Shown: positions 1 to 9,966, counted from the first letter of the stretch. The stretch: 62,933 nt of DNA from Desulfurococcaceae archaeon (GCA_038888155.1 JAWAJB010000005.1:1-62933), one strand, 5' to 3'. Notes: generated by a model from the sequence alone, not told the origin. Program-made: numbers and translations.

Positions 1-127
1 GAGCCAGTTAGGGGGCTCAGCGCTGTAGACCTCTTTGTAGGCCTCAACTAGGTCGACTACGAAATTGCCGTACAGGACTCCAACTCTTGGATGGCTGCAC
101 CAACAGTGAGAGAAGTAAACGAACTTC
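1..127. repeat. Terminal inverted repeat, left copy (127 bp, identical to reverse complement of 62807-62933)
   Basis: Direct comparison: 1-127 equals revcomp(62807-62933); identity breaks at base 128 (ata vs gtg). Confidence 0.97.
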
Positions 128-129
128 AT
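1..129 (-). CDS. 5' fragment of probable fumarylacetoacetate hydrolase (FAH) family protein, runs off window
   Basis: ATG at 129-127 after GTGAGG SD; open frame MKFVYFSHCWCSHPRVGVLYGNFVVDLVEAYKEVYSAEPPNWL resembles the FAH N-terminal pattern (MK.v.f...R.Gv..g..vvDL). Only 43 aa visible. Confidence 0.55.
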   Translation of the reverse strand, partial: MKFVYFSHCWCSHPRVGVLYGNFVVDLVEAYKEVYSAEPPNWL

Positions 130-238
130 AGATTATCCCTCACTATGACCGTAATATCCTCTCTTAGGATAATAAGCCAATCCCCCTTAGTGTAGGGCAT
201 AATGCTTTCCTATTTAACAGCAAAAACTTAGCTTGGGC

Positions 239-1230
239 TTACATTGTTTTCTTTCCTGTTACAGCTTCCATATGCCTTAGAACCTCGGGATCCTGTGCGC
301 CTGCTCACAGGGGGATTTACGGCAGGGATAGTTACAAGCATTGTGTTTATACAAATGTGCTACCTCAGCGGATGTTAATGGAATTCTGCTCTCTATGTCT
401 ACCGTTACAACAAGTTAGGGAAAAGAGGTATATTTTTCCAATATTAAACCCGCCCCTTCTTTCCAAGGTGGCTTCGCTGACAATACCTCTATCCACAATC
501 TGTCCTCCACCTAGATACTCTATCACCTTGTAGTACCTCTCCTCAACGCTACCTTCATGGCGCGTTAAGATCTCGCCAACTTTTAGCGCCTTAGTTAGCC
601 CGCAAACGGCAACATTGGCTTGAAGTAATTTGGGAGGGACAGGGCTGGCTGTGTGTAACTGCCACAAGGCCCCCTGCTTGGACAGCTGCCTCTCTTGCCA
701 ATTTATCTACCCTTTCGAGATTGCCCCGAACAAACATCTCTATGTACATTATCTTCGCTTTGTTTTCGCTAACAACGGCTTGAGCTGAGATGTGCATTTC
801 AATTCTATGAAGACCCATAAAGATCATTACTCCTTTCAGGTGAGCCCTCCTGTCGCAAGTGTGTCAACAATCGGTAGATCAAAGATAACGGCATGAGCCC
901 AGCCGTTAATGGACGCTGTTACGCCATTCTCACGGAGGATAAAGCCTGCAACTTCGAATCTGCCTAAACCTTATTAAAATCTCAGCAGACTTAATAGCGT
1001 GTGCTATTGTAACTTATTTATCTTTTGTTGCGGGAGCCCTAAGCTGTGAGGTTATTGCTATGTTACTTTCCACTCGTAATTCATAAACGTTGACAATGCT
1101 CAAATCGCCCATCCCAATTACTAATTTAGCTGTGCTTGGACCCAATTTCAGGCTCTCCCTCCGTGTCCAAGGAATGATCCTCCAAAGGCTATAGACTCGG
1201 CTATTTTTTATCTACTTTAATTTTTATTAC
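239..1230 (-). pseudogene. Degraded DUF917-family gene with multiple frameshifts and stops
   Basis: Colinear fragments in different frames: AESIAFGGSFLG, ENGVTASINGWAHAVIFDLPIVD, AREAAVQAGGLVAV (ORF 591-827), GGGQIVDRG..RGGFNIG (ORF 365-667), PLTSAE..DPE..TGK. Boundaries approximate. Confidence 0.75.
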
Positions 1231-1578
1231 AGGGTTTGGACCTATTACGCAACCAATATGTAGACCCTAAAGCACGTAAGCATTTGCCCTTGGGGATGTA
1301 TTTTAAGAATATATTATGCTTAGCGTTAGGACGTTAATTGTCAGGACGGCAGATAGGGGGTACATTGGTTAATTGTTGCCATGATTTCCGAAGACGCTCG
1401 TCCTGAAGTATTGCCGCTCCCAACCCAAGGTGGTAACATCCGGAATTTTAATTAAGTAAGTTGTTTATTTAGCGATTAAGCTACAATAAGTGCCTAAATT
1501 TGACATCGACCTTTAATCGAACCGAATTTTTACCGGGGTTTAAATAGGCGTCGTTTTAATATATTAATTTAGGGCAAA

Positions 1579-2967
1579 ATGCCGGATTTAACCACTGGCT
1601 TACGCGAACTCGACTTGCTCATGGGCGAATTAAGACCCAAGTCCATGCTTCTAATTGTAGGTCACCCCGGCTCCGGAAAGACTACTCTTGCCTCCAAGAT
1701 CTGCTACTCAAATGCTCTCAGGGGCCACAAGTGCCTCTTCATAACTTTCTACGAGGATAAAGAAAAGCTGTACAGGAACATGGGAAAGCTGGGAATAAAC
1801 TTGCAGGAAGCGGAGAGCAAGCAGCTACTAACTTACGTTAAACTACCAGTAGCCTCACCCGAAGAGATAATGAACATCATTTCGACTTTAGTAGTCAAGG
1901 ACCTGCATAAAGTCGTTGTCATAGATTCCATTAATACAGCTTTAGAACTACTTCCCCAAAAGCAGGTCCAAAAAGCAGTTCTCTTAAACTATTTTTATCA
2001 GCTAATCAACGTTATAGGCGGTTTGTTAATTCTCGTGGCTGAGATACCGCTTGGAAGCGAGGAACTAGACCTAGGGTCAGTGGAATTTATAGCAGATTGC
2101 ATACTGTACTTAAAGCATAGAGTAGCTAGAGGTCTGCTATCACGAGTTCTTGAGGTTAGAAAATTGCGCGGATCTCCAATATCTGTTGTAGAGTTGCCGT
2201 TTGATATATTAGAGAAGGAGGGCGTTAAAGTTTTCTTGCCGCCGAGGCCGTTAAGAGCAATAAGCATAGAGGAAAATCCCCTTAATTCAACGTTGACGCT
2301 AACTGGGGAGATGGTGGGAAGTATTCGTAGAGGGGATGTGATCTACATTGAGTACCCTGCAGCATATAGGTCTCCTATAATTATCATCCCTATGATCGAT
2401 GTCCTTGTGACGAACAAACTAAAGGGTTTATTTATTTCATATAAATACTCAGTAGATGAAGTATACGATGCTATAACCAGCGGTCTCTTAATACACACTG
2501 GGCTCTCGAGGGAGACAATAGGTAAGATCTTAGGAGAGCACATGCTTGCTGAGTCCATCAATCCTGGAAGTTCTGCTTTGCCGCACCTGCATGCCAAAGC
2601 AGTTGATGTTATTGAGCGCTTCAAGCCAGATGTTATCTTTTTCCATGGAGTTGAGCTATTTAGCGCTTTAGCTGAACCAAGAGAGTACTGGACCGCCTTA
2701 ATTAACGAATTGCTCTGGCTCAAGAATAACGGCAAGCTAGTTGTAAGGCTTGGCTCAAGGGTTCACCCTTACTGGTCAGGCATTAACTCATCGATCTCTG
2801 ATTTGGTTATTAGATTATACTACAGGCGGAAACATGGGAGTTTAGCACCAATAATTGCATGCTGGAGACGTGGACACGAGCCCACCGAAATTGAGATAGA
2901 CGAGGGGGTTATTAGGAAACTGAAGGAGGACGCTAGGAAGCTTGAATCAATAATACAAGGATGTTGA
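1579..2967 (+). CDS. KaiC/RAD55-like RecA-superfamily ATPase; active N-terminal domain plus degenerate C-terminal domain
   Basis: TTGLRELD start, Walker A GHPGSGKT, Walker B VVIDS, EVRKLRG motif; second half lacks Walker A. Confidence 0.85.
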   Translation: MPDLTTGLRELDLLMGELRPKSMLLIVGHPGSGKTTLASKICYSNALRGHKCLFITFYEDKEKLYRNMGKLGINLQEAESKQLLTYVKLPVASPEEIMNIISTLVVKDLHKVVVIDSINTALELLPQKQVQKAVLLNYFYQLINVIGGLLILVAEIPLGSEELDLGSVEFIADCILYLKHRVARGLLSRVLEVRKLRGSPISVVELPFDILEKEGVKVFLPPRPLRAISIEENPLNSTLTLTGEMVGSIRRGDVIYIEYPAAYRSPIIIIPMIDVLVTNKLKGLFISYKYSVDEVYDAITSGLLIHTGLSRETIGKILGEHMLAESINPGSSALPHLHAKAVDVIERFKPDVIFFHGVELFSALAEPREYWTALINELLWLKNNGKLVVRLGSRVHPYWSGINSSISDLVIRLYYRRKHGSLAPIIACWRRGHEPTEIEIDEGVIRKLKEDARKLESIIQGC

Positions 2968-3226
2968 TATTTAGTACTAGGAAATTTTACATATATGGTG
3001 GATTTCTCTAGAGGCAGGTATTCATCAACAATTATTTCTCCGAGTTTCTTGTTTTCTCCTATTCTCACAGAAAACTGTCACTAACTTTAACATGTTCGAA
3101 CCACTTTCTCCTTAATTTTTCGTTAAGCCGTTCTAGGTAAGTAGTGCAGGTACCTCATATAGGCCTTAGAATTAATGTCCTCGTTTAGATGCTTTTCGTT
3201 GGAACAAGTCTTCTAAGATGCTTTAG

Positions 3227-3586
3227 TTAATGGTGCTTCGACTGTTTTTCGTTGCTTTCAACCTTTTGATCGAAATTATGAGAGTAAGCACCAGTTAGCC
3301 CCTCGACCTCCTTTTCCCCTCTCGCCAATTCCTCGGCTTGCTCTTCGTCTAGCGACCTTAAAACTGCAAGAAATTCGCCTACGTGTGTTTTCTCTTCTTT
3401 TGCAACATCCTCAAACACTTTCCTTATTTTTTCATCATCAATAGATCTTGCGATCTGCAGATATAGGCTTACTGCGTCTAGCTCAGCCATCATTGAAAGC
3501 CTTAGGGCATCTTTAATCTCTTCTTTGGATAGCTTCTTATTTGAAGATAAGTCAATTGGGTTTTTGGATAACAATTTCTGCACCAT
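3227..3586 (-). CDS. Encapsulin-type ferritin-like (EncFtn/Flp) protein
   Basis: LSKNP..ALRLSMMAELDAVSLY..DVAKEEKTHVGEF..LDEEQ..G..EV..LTG matches the ferritin-like domain fused to archaeal encapsulins; ExxH di-iron motif. Confidence 0.8.
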   Translation of the reverse strand: MVQKLLSKNPIDLSSNKKLSKEEIKDALRLSMMAELDAVSLYLQIARSIDDEKIRKVFEDVAKEEKTHVGEFLAVLRSLDEEQAEELARGEKEVEGLTGAYSHNFDQKVESNEKQSKHH

Positions 3587-3991
3587 ATTACAATAGTTGA
3601 CTTTGCACTAATAAATCATTTAGTGTTCAAGAAACTCCACCAAGTTGGTCGATCGTTGCTCACTATTACCTGAGACACTTCGCTCGTGTAGTCTCGTTTA
3701 GGGGACATACGATGCCAGTTTAACTAATAGATGAAACTACGTGGAGAATAGGATAAAGCATTTATACACACATCTTTCTACAGCCATCTATGAACTACTG
3801 GTAACGCGACGTTGTTTTGAGCTTCTAGTATAATAGCTTCTTCTCGCACCTGCCTCGAAACCGTCGATGACTCCAAAACAATAAACCGACATTAAATGAA
3901 ACTGAGACATTGTTGGATTAGAAGGTAGTAGTGTAGAAGCTAGAGACTATTTATAGACTCTTCGCCATTCATTATCATTGGTGAGTTTCAT

Positions 3992-5374
3992 ATGACAGAC
4001 TCGTTGCCAACTAAGCTTAAGCTTAGTGAGGCTGTTAAGGTAGTAAAACTTACAGAAAACTTGTTTCCCAAATGTGCATTCCTTAAGTACTATCCATTAG
4101 TTGTTACAAGAGCGCTTGGATCAAAGCTATGGGACGCTGACGGAAATGAATATGTTGACTTTATTTCTGGGGCAGCCGTCTTTAACATTGGGCATCTCCA
4201 TCCAGATGTTGTATCATCAATAGAGAAGCAGCTCAAGCTATATCTTGCCTATCCCATAGTGTATTTCTATACTATAGGGTCATGCGAGCTAGCCAAAAAA
4301 CTCATTGAAATTACGCCAGGATCAAGTAACAAAAAAGTCTTATTCGGGTTTTCAGGCTCGGACGCGATGGATATGGCGCTGATGATCTCGAGAGCATCAA
4401 CCCAGCGAAAGTATGTTGTATCATTTAAGGGTTCTTTTCACGGATCGACTTACTTGTCAATGGCGGCATCAGGAATTATCAGCGATGAGCACAGAAAGCT
4501 ATTTCAACTACCTACCGATATTTTATTTGCAGATTACCCCAATCCCTACCGAAATCCCTGGAATATAGATGGATATGAAAATCCACAAGATTTATCAAAT
4601 TTAGCGCTAGAGGACGTTGAGAATCAAATAAAAAGAGTGGGGGGAGATGTTGCAGCAATTACAATCGAGGCTATACAGGGAGACGGCGGAATTGTTGTCC
4701 CACCCAGCAACTTCTTGCGAGATCTAAGTAGGCTAGCTAAAGAGTATGGTGCAGTCTTCGTGGTAGATGAAGTGAAGACGGGATTTGGTAGAACGGGCAA
4801 ATGGTGGGCAATAGAGCATTTTAACGTAGAGCCCGATATAGTTGTGTCAGGAAAAGCCCTTGGAGGAGGTATGCCCATCTCTGCCATAATAGCACGCGCT
4901 GAAATAGTTGACAACTTGCCTCCCAGCGGCTTATCATTTACATTATCTCCACATGCTCTGTCGGCTGTTGCCGCACTAACTACTATAGAAATAATCAAGA
5001 GAGATAACCTACTAGAGAGAGCTACACGCATGGGCGATTACGTATATAGGAGGCTCTCAGAGATCAAAGAGAGTAGCAATATCGTGGGCGATGTACGTGG
5101 AAAGGGACTACTTATGGGAATAGAGATAGTGCGCGATAAGAAGAATAAACTTCCAGATAAGCCGTCTACGTTGAAATCGCTGTGGAGGGCGTGGGAGCTA
5201 GGAGTTGTTCTATTGTCGGTTGGTCAGCATGGAAACGTCATTAGAATTGCCCCGCCACTAAACATACCCATGGATGATTTAGAACTAGCTCTCAGAGTGA
5301 TCGAGAGATCCATAAAGGATGTTGAGCGCGGAGAGATACCCGATAACGTCTTGGAGTATATGACTGGGTGGTAG
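3992..5374 (+). CDS. Class III PLP-dependent aminotransferase-fold enzyme, probable amino-acid racemase
   Basis: FHGSTY, EAIQGDGG, DEVKTGFGRTG, PLP lysine in SGKALGGG, C-terminal GW as in Thermococcales racemase/GABA-AT homologues. Confidence 0.85.
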   Translation: MTDSLPTKLKLSEAVKVVKLTENLFPKCAFLKYYPLVVTRALGSKLWDADGNEYVDFISGAAVFNIGHLHPDVVSSIEKQLKLYLAYPIVYFYTIGSCELAKKLIEITPGSSNKKVLFGFSGSDAMDMALMISRASTQRKYVVSFKGSFHGSTYLSMAASGIISDEHRKLFQLPTDILFADYPNPYRNPWNIDGYENPQDLSNLALEDVENQIKRVGGDVAAITIEAIQGDGGIVVPPSNFLRDLSRLAKEYGAVFVVDEVKTGFGRTGKWWAIEHFNVEPDIVVSGKALGGGMPISAIIARAEIVDNLPPSGLSFTLSPHALSAVAALTTIEIIKRDNLLERATRMGDYVYRRLSEIKESSNIVGDVRGKGLLMGIEIVRDKKNKLPDKPSTLKSLWRAWELGVVLLSVGQHGNVIRIAPPLNIPMDDLELALRVIERSIKDVERGEIPDNVLEYMTGW

Positions 5375-5396
5375 CCTCACTCGGTCGCTCCTTTTC

Positions 5397-5465
5397 TTTA
5401 AACTTGATGTGATATTTGTAACATAAATTATGGTAGGTTGTTATAAATATTACATCAAGTTTAAA
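5397..5465 (+). promoter_or_regulatory. 27-bp inverted repeat (hairpin or operator pair) between the racemase and the ABC operon
   Basis: Arms 5397-5423 and 5439-5465, 15-nt spacer, 25/27 Watson-Crick pairs; both mismatches are G.T on the + strand. Confidence 0.7.
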
Positions 5466-5503
5466 ATGTTGTTGCGTTGTTGTTTAAAAAAACAAGCTAA
5501 ATT

Positions 5504-7123
5504 TTGAAAGGAATGGCAAATATGGTATATAAAGCTCTATCAAAAACGCTGGGAATAATTATTGTAGTAGCTGTCGTAGTTATAGCTTTAGTTTCATACA
5601 TTTTCATATTGCCTACTTCAACGCAACCCCAGTACTCTAAAACGCTTATTTTTGCTACCACGATAGAGCCTACATCACTTGATATACAACAGGTAACATG
5701 GGCTACTATTATTCACAGCTTATTATTTCAGCCGCTAGTTACTATAGACAGCAATATGAACATTGTTCCGGATCTATCGGATCATTGGGAGATAAGTAGT
5801 GATGGTACTGAAATTACATTTCACATTCCAGAAAACGCTAAATTCTCAAACGGAGATCCAATAACTGCTCAAGCCATAAAAAAATCAATAGAGCGGTATA
5901 TAGAGATCTCCCCCTACTCTGATGACTATTCAGACCTTGCTGAAATTGAAGTTATAAATAACAACACATTAAAATTAGTTTTTAATAACCCCGTCCCGTA
6001 CATATGGCCTGTGCTCGTATCATCCTACGGTGCACCAGTAAACGCTTACGTTGCCGAGAAAATAGGGAACGAGGCTTTTGGTAGAGAGGCTGTTGGTAGC
6101 GGACCATATAAAGTCAAGGAATGGGTAAAGGGCTCACATGTAGTTCTAGTTAGGAATGAAAACTATAAGACCAACATTCCCTTTGTACAGAACAAGGGAC
6201 CGAGCCAATACATAGATGAGATTATCGTTAGGTTTATACCTGAAGATTTGACTAGGGTCACAGAGCTAGAGGCAGGTCGTGTAAATATAGTGCTCGATGT
6301 TCCACTAGATATGGTAGATAGACTTGAGGGCAATCCCAACATTAAATTATACAGTACGATATCCCCAGGAGTTTACTATTTAATGCTCAACTTAAAAAAC
6401 GAGAAATTAAGCGATTTAAAGGTAAGGCAGGCAATTATGATTGGGATTAATAGGACAGAGTTAGCACTAGCACTTGGGAACAAAATTTTGCCATGGTATA
6501 GCCTTCTTTCGCCAACTCAATTCTGCTACAACTCCACATTAGCGAAAAAGTATGAGGAAGTATACGCATATAACCCTGAAAAGGCCAAGCAACTTCTTAG
6601 GGAAGCTGGTTGGGTTGATACGAACGGGGATGGGGTAGTTGATAAGGAAGGTGTCCCGCTAAAGATAACGCTTCTCTCTGCAGTAGACGATGTTGCAATG
6701 AAGAAAGTGGTGCCCCTTATTCAGGCACAACTAAAGAAAATAGGGATTGATGTGGAGATAAGAGAGTTTACATTCAGTTACATAAGGGCTCTAAGCAGGA
6801 ACTGGGACTTTGAGATAGCATTTCATAGGATGTCGTGGATGGATCCTGACATACTAATATATAGGCTTCACAGCAAGATAGGAAACTTCACGTATGCCAA
6901 CCCCGAAGTTGATAGACTGCTAGAGCTTGGCCGTGTGATCTCGGACGAAACAGAGAGAGCTAAGGTATATTCGAAAGTTCAAGAGATCGTCCTTGAGGAT
7001 CTGCCGTTCTTGCCGATCTTCGTTCTAAAGAACTACATTGGAGTTAATAAGAATGTAGAAGGTTTAATCGTGCATCCAAATGGCAATATCTTTCTGAACG
7101 ATGCTCGAGTAAAGCAAGGCTGA
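5504..7123 (+). CDS. dppA: Peptide/nickel ABC transporter substrate-binding protein (family 5)
   Basis: N-terminal TM anchor, PDLSDHWE, FSNGDPITA, GSGPYKV, KVRQAI motifs; start may be ATG 5513 or 5522. Confidence 0.9.
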   Translation: MKGMANMVYKALSKTLGIIIVVAVVVIALVSYIFILPTSTQPQYSKTLIFATTIEPTSLDIQQVTWATIIHSLLFQPLVTIDSNMNIVPDLSDHWEISSDGTEITFHIPENAKFSNGDPITAQAIKKSIERYIEISPYSDDYSDLAEIEVINNNTLKLVFNNPVPYIWPVLVSSYGAPVNAYVAEKIGNEAFGREAVGSGPYKVKEWVKGSHVVLVRNENYKTNIPFVQNKGPSQYIDEIIVRFIPEDLTRVTELEAGRVNIVLDVPLDMVDRLEGNPNIKLYSTISPGVYYLMLNLKNEKLSDLKVRQAIMIGINRTELALALGNKILPWYSLLSPTQFCYNSTLAKKYEEVYAYNPEKAKQLLREAGWVDTNGDGVVDKEGVPLKITLLSAVDDVAMKKVVPLIQAQLKKIGIDVEIREFTFSYIRALSRNWDFEIAFHRMSWMDPDILIYRLHSKIGNFTYANPEVDRLLELGRVISDETERAKVYSKVQEIVLEDLPFLPIFVLKNYIGVNKNVEGLIVHPNGNIFLNDARVKQG

Positions 7124-7141
7124 TATACGGGTATCGCGAAA

Positions 7142-8086
7142 ATGGGTCTGGCAAGGTACATTATCAAAAAAGTTTTGATCGGTATACCTATTGTTTTTGG
7201 GGCGACAATTATTCTTTTTTACGTAATGTTCCTGCTCCCTGGAGATCCTATTCAGCTTTTGCTCGCGGGCGAGAGGGTTACACCCGAGAAACTTGAAGAG
7301 CTGAGGGTTACTTGGGGGCTTGATAAGCCTGTCTTTGTTCAATATTTTTACTGGCTGTGGAGAGTTGTGCAAGGCGACTTAGGGGTTTCTATAACAACCA
7401 AACAAGCAGTAAGCTATCTAATATCCACAAGGATACCATATACCTTAGCACTGATGTTGCTATCGACAATTTTATCTTACTCTATTGGGGTGATAGCAGG
7501 CATAATAAGTGCCCTAAAGAAGGGCACCTTGTTGGACAATGTCGTATCTATAACAGCTATCACGTTGTACTCAATACCAAGCTTCTGGCTTGGTCTAGTC
7601 TTAATGCTACTAATAGGATATACATTGAGGTTACTGCCTATTTCTGGCTATGAAGGCCCACAGTCGTTTGTTCTCCCAGCGTTAACTCTTGCACTTCCTT
7701 CGTCGGCGTCTATAATGAGGTTGACTAGATCAGAGATGATCGAAACGCTCAACGAGGACTATGTAAAAACAGCGTGGGCAAAAGGACTACCTCAAAACCG
7801 CATTATTTTGGCTCACGCCCTAAGAAATGCCCTTCTCCCAGTCGTAGTAATGTTCTTTTTAAATCTACCTTGGCTTATAGGTGGAGCAGTTATTGTAGAA
7901 ACACTATTTGCTCTTCCGGGCATGGGCAGACTACTTTACGTTTCAATTATTAACCAGGATTACGCAGTAGTCCAGGGGATAGTGCTTATAATTACTGTTC
8001 TCACGGTCATTTCGAACACGCTTGGAGACATAGCGGTGGCTTTATTAGATCCAAGGATCAGAGTTGAGGTGAAGGGAGCCCAATGA
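7142..8086 (+). CDS. dppB: Peptide ABC transporter permease
   Basis: PGDP, GLDKP..QY, GDLG, DYVKTAWAKGL..HALRNA, VETLFALPGMG. Confidence 0.93.
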   Translation: MGLARYIIKKVLIGIPIVFGATIILFYVMFLLPGDPIQLLLAGERVTPEKLEELRVTWGLDKPVFVQYFYWLWRVVQGDLGVSITTKQAVSYLISTRIPYTLALMLLSTILSYSIGVIAGIISALKKGTLLDNVVSITAITLYSIPSFWLGLVLMLLIGYTLRLLPISGYEGPQSFVLPALTLALPSSASIMRLTRSEMIETLNEDYVKTAWAKGLPQNRIILAHALRNALLPVVVMFFLNLPWLIGGAVIVETLFALPGMGRLLYVSIINQDYAVVQGIVLIITVLTVISNTLGDIAVALLDPRIRVEVKGAQ

Positions 8087-8967
8087 AACATTTCAATAAA
8101 GTAGTCCCCAAAATTGAGTTGGGAACACTGACTAACAACGAGAAAATAGCTGCACTCTTAAGACATGGGCGCGGCATTTCGGGAATCTCTATATTGTTAA
8201 TCATTATCTTTTTAGCAACCGCTGCCGATTTTCTCTCTACATATAAATATGAGGAGGTTGATCCCGCCTCTAGGCTGTTGCCCCCTTCTTTTGAGCATCC
8301 ATTTGGTACTGATCACTTGGGTCGCGACGTCTTCACTAGGCTAATTCACGGTGCACGTATAGCTATTTGGGTTGGAATTCTCGTAGTGTTGATCGAGGCA
8401 GTCATAGGAGTGCCCCTGGGGCTCATTGCTGGATACTACAACGGCTTAGTAGATAAATTTATATCTGCATTAACAGACATGATATGGGCTCTGCCCCCAA
8501 TTGTTCTTGCCCTTGCAATAATAACCATACTTGGTCCCGGGCTAACTAACGCCGTTATTGCGGTTGCCGCGGTTAGCTGGGCGCCCTACGCAAGGATCGT
8601 CAGGGCAAAGACTCAATCACTTGTTAGCAGGGAGTTCGTCCTAGCAGCAAGGGCAATTGGAGAAGATAGTATAAGCATAATGCTGAGGTATATATTACCG
8701 AACCTGGCGCCATCGATTGTTGTTCTAGCTACGCTGACAATACCATCCGCTATACTTTACACAACTGCTCTCAGCTTCCTAGGTCTTGGAGCTCAACCGC
8801 CTACACCAGACTGGGGAGCGATGCTGAGCGAGGCAAAGGATTATATCCTTATAGCGCCTTGGTGCTCTGTAATTCCAGGCATCTTCATAACTATAACTGC
8901 TCTAGGTTTCAACCTATTGGGAGATGCCCTAAGGGATAGCTTGGATCCTAAGCTCAAGGTCAGGTGA
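8083..8967 (+). CDS. dppC: Peptide ABC transporter permease
   Basis: HPFGTDHLGRD, EFVLAARAIG, LSFLGLG.QPPTPDWG; ATGA overlap with dppB. Confidence 0.93.
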   Translation: MKHFNKVVPKIELGTLTNNEKIAALLRHGRGISGISILLIIIFLATAADFLSTYKYEEVDPASRLLPPSFEHPFGTDHLGRDVFTRLIHGARIAIWVGILVVLIEAVIGVPLGLIAGYYNGLVDKFISALTDMIWALPPIVLALAIITILGPGLTNAVIAVAAVSWAPYARIVRAKTQSLVSREFVLAARAIGEDSISIMLRYILPNLAPSIVVLATLTIPSAILYTTALSFLGLGAQPPTPDWGAMLSEAKDYILIAPWCSVIPGIFITITALGFNLLGDALRDSLDPKLKVR

Positions 8968-8973
8968 TCTTGC

Positions 8974-9966
8974 TTGGACACACTACTGGAAATAAACAAC
9001 CTAAAGGTAATTTACGAAACAGAAAGAGGACCACTTACTCCAGTGGATAGGGTTACACTAAAAGTATTGAGAGGAGAAACCCTCTGTCTAGTTGGCGAGT
9101 CGGGTTGTGGCAAAAGTACCCTAGCCCTCGCTATACCAAGGTTACTTCCACCAAATGCAAAGATCGTATCCGGGCAAATTATTTACAAGGGGAACGATCT
9201 CCTTAAACTCGACTACAACCAGCTTCAAAAAGTCAGGGGCCGAGAAATCGCTATAATATTTCAAAATCCCATGTCATCTCTTAACCCTGTGATGCGCGTA
9301 GGACACCAGGTAGCAGAGGTGCCGGTATTTCAAAATAATATGACATGGAGCAAGGCTGTACTCCTAGCTATTGATCAACTGGGAAAGGTTGGTCTGCCTG
9401 ACCCAGCAGTTCGAGCAAGAGATTTTCCTCACGCTTTTAGCGGAGGAATGAAGCAGAGGTCGATGATAGCTATGATGACAGTAGCCAAGCCGGATTTATT
9501 AATTGCAGATGAGCCTACTACTGCTTTGGATGTCACAATTCAGGCACAAATTATTGAACTTTTACAAACATTTAAGGTGGAGTACCAACTAACGCTTATT
9601 TTAATTACGCATAATTTTGGCATTGTTGCCGAAATATGCGACAGAGTGGCAGTAATGTACAGCGGGAAGGTCATTGAAATAGCTAATACTTTTGAGCTGT
9701 TTAAAGAACCTATTCACCCATATACAAGGGGGCTCATAGAGTGTGCTAAAGTTCGGGCAAAGCCTAAAACTAAGCTCTATCAAATACCAGGAAGTCCGCC
9801 AGATATGATTAACCCTCCACCTGGTTGTAGGTTTCACCCCAGGTGCCCATTCGCTACAGAGAAGTGCAGCAGGGAGGAACCCCCTCTAATGGAAGTGAAC
9901 AAAAACCACTTTGTGGCGTGTCACTTAAATAGCTCCACCGGCGATAAACAGTGGATTTACTCGTAG
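8974..9966 (+). CDS. dppD: Peptide ABC transporter ATPase
   Basis: GESGCGKS, FSGGMKQR, ADEPTTALD, HPYT, Cys-rich C-terminus CRFHPRC..C..ACH. Confidence 0.93.
   Translation: MDTLLEINNLKVIYETERGPLTPVDRVTLKVLRGETLCLVGESGCGKSTLALAIPRLLPPNAKIVSGQIIYKGNDLLKLDYNQLQKVRGREIAIIFQNPMSSLNPVMRVGHQVAEVPVFQNNMTWSKAVLLAIDQLGKVGLPDPAVRARDFPHAFSGGMKQRSMIAMMTVAKPDLLIADEPTTALDVTIQAQIIELLQTFKVEYQLTLILITHNFGIVAEICDRVAVMYSGKVIEIANTFELFKEPIHPYTRGLIECAKVRAKPKTKLYQIPGSPPDMINPPPGCRFHPRCPFATEKCSREEPPLMEVNKNHFVACHLNSSTGDKQWIYS
9811..9924 (+). repeat. 114-bp exact direct repeat, copy 1 (in dppD)
   Basis: aaccctccacctggttg...gtggcgtgtcac identical to 10794-10907. Confidence 0.95.

Noticed and set aside
365-827. Two small independent minus-strand genes
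   Set aside because: They are overlapping frameshifted pieces of one DUF917 pseudogene.
1341-1406. TCAGGACG...CGTCCTGA stem as a tRNA or C/D RNA
   Set aside because: Only an 8-bp stem; no cloverleaf, T-loop or proper C box.
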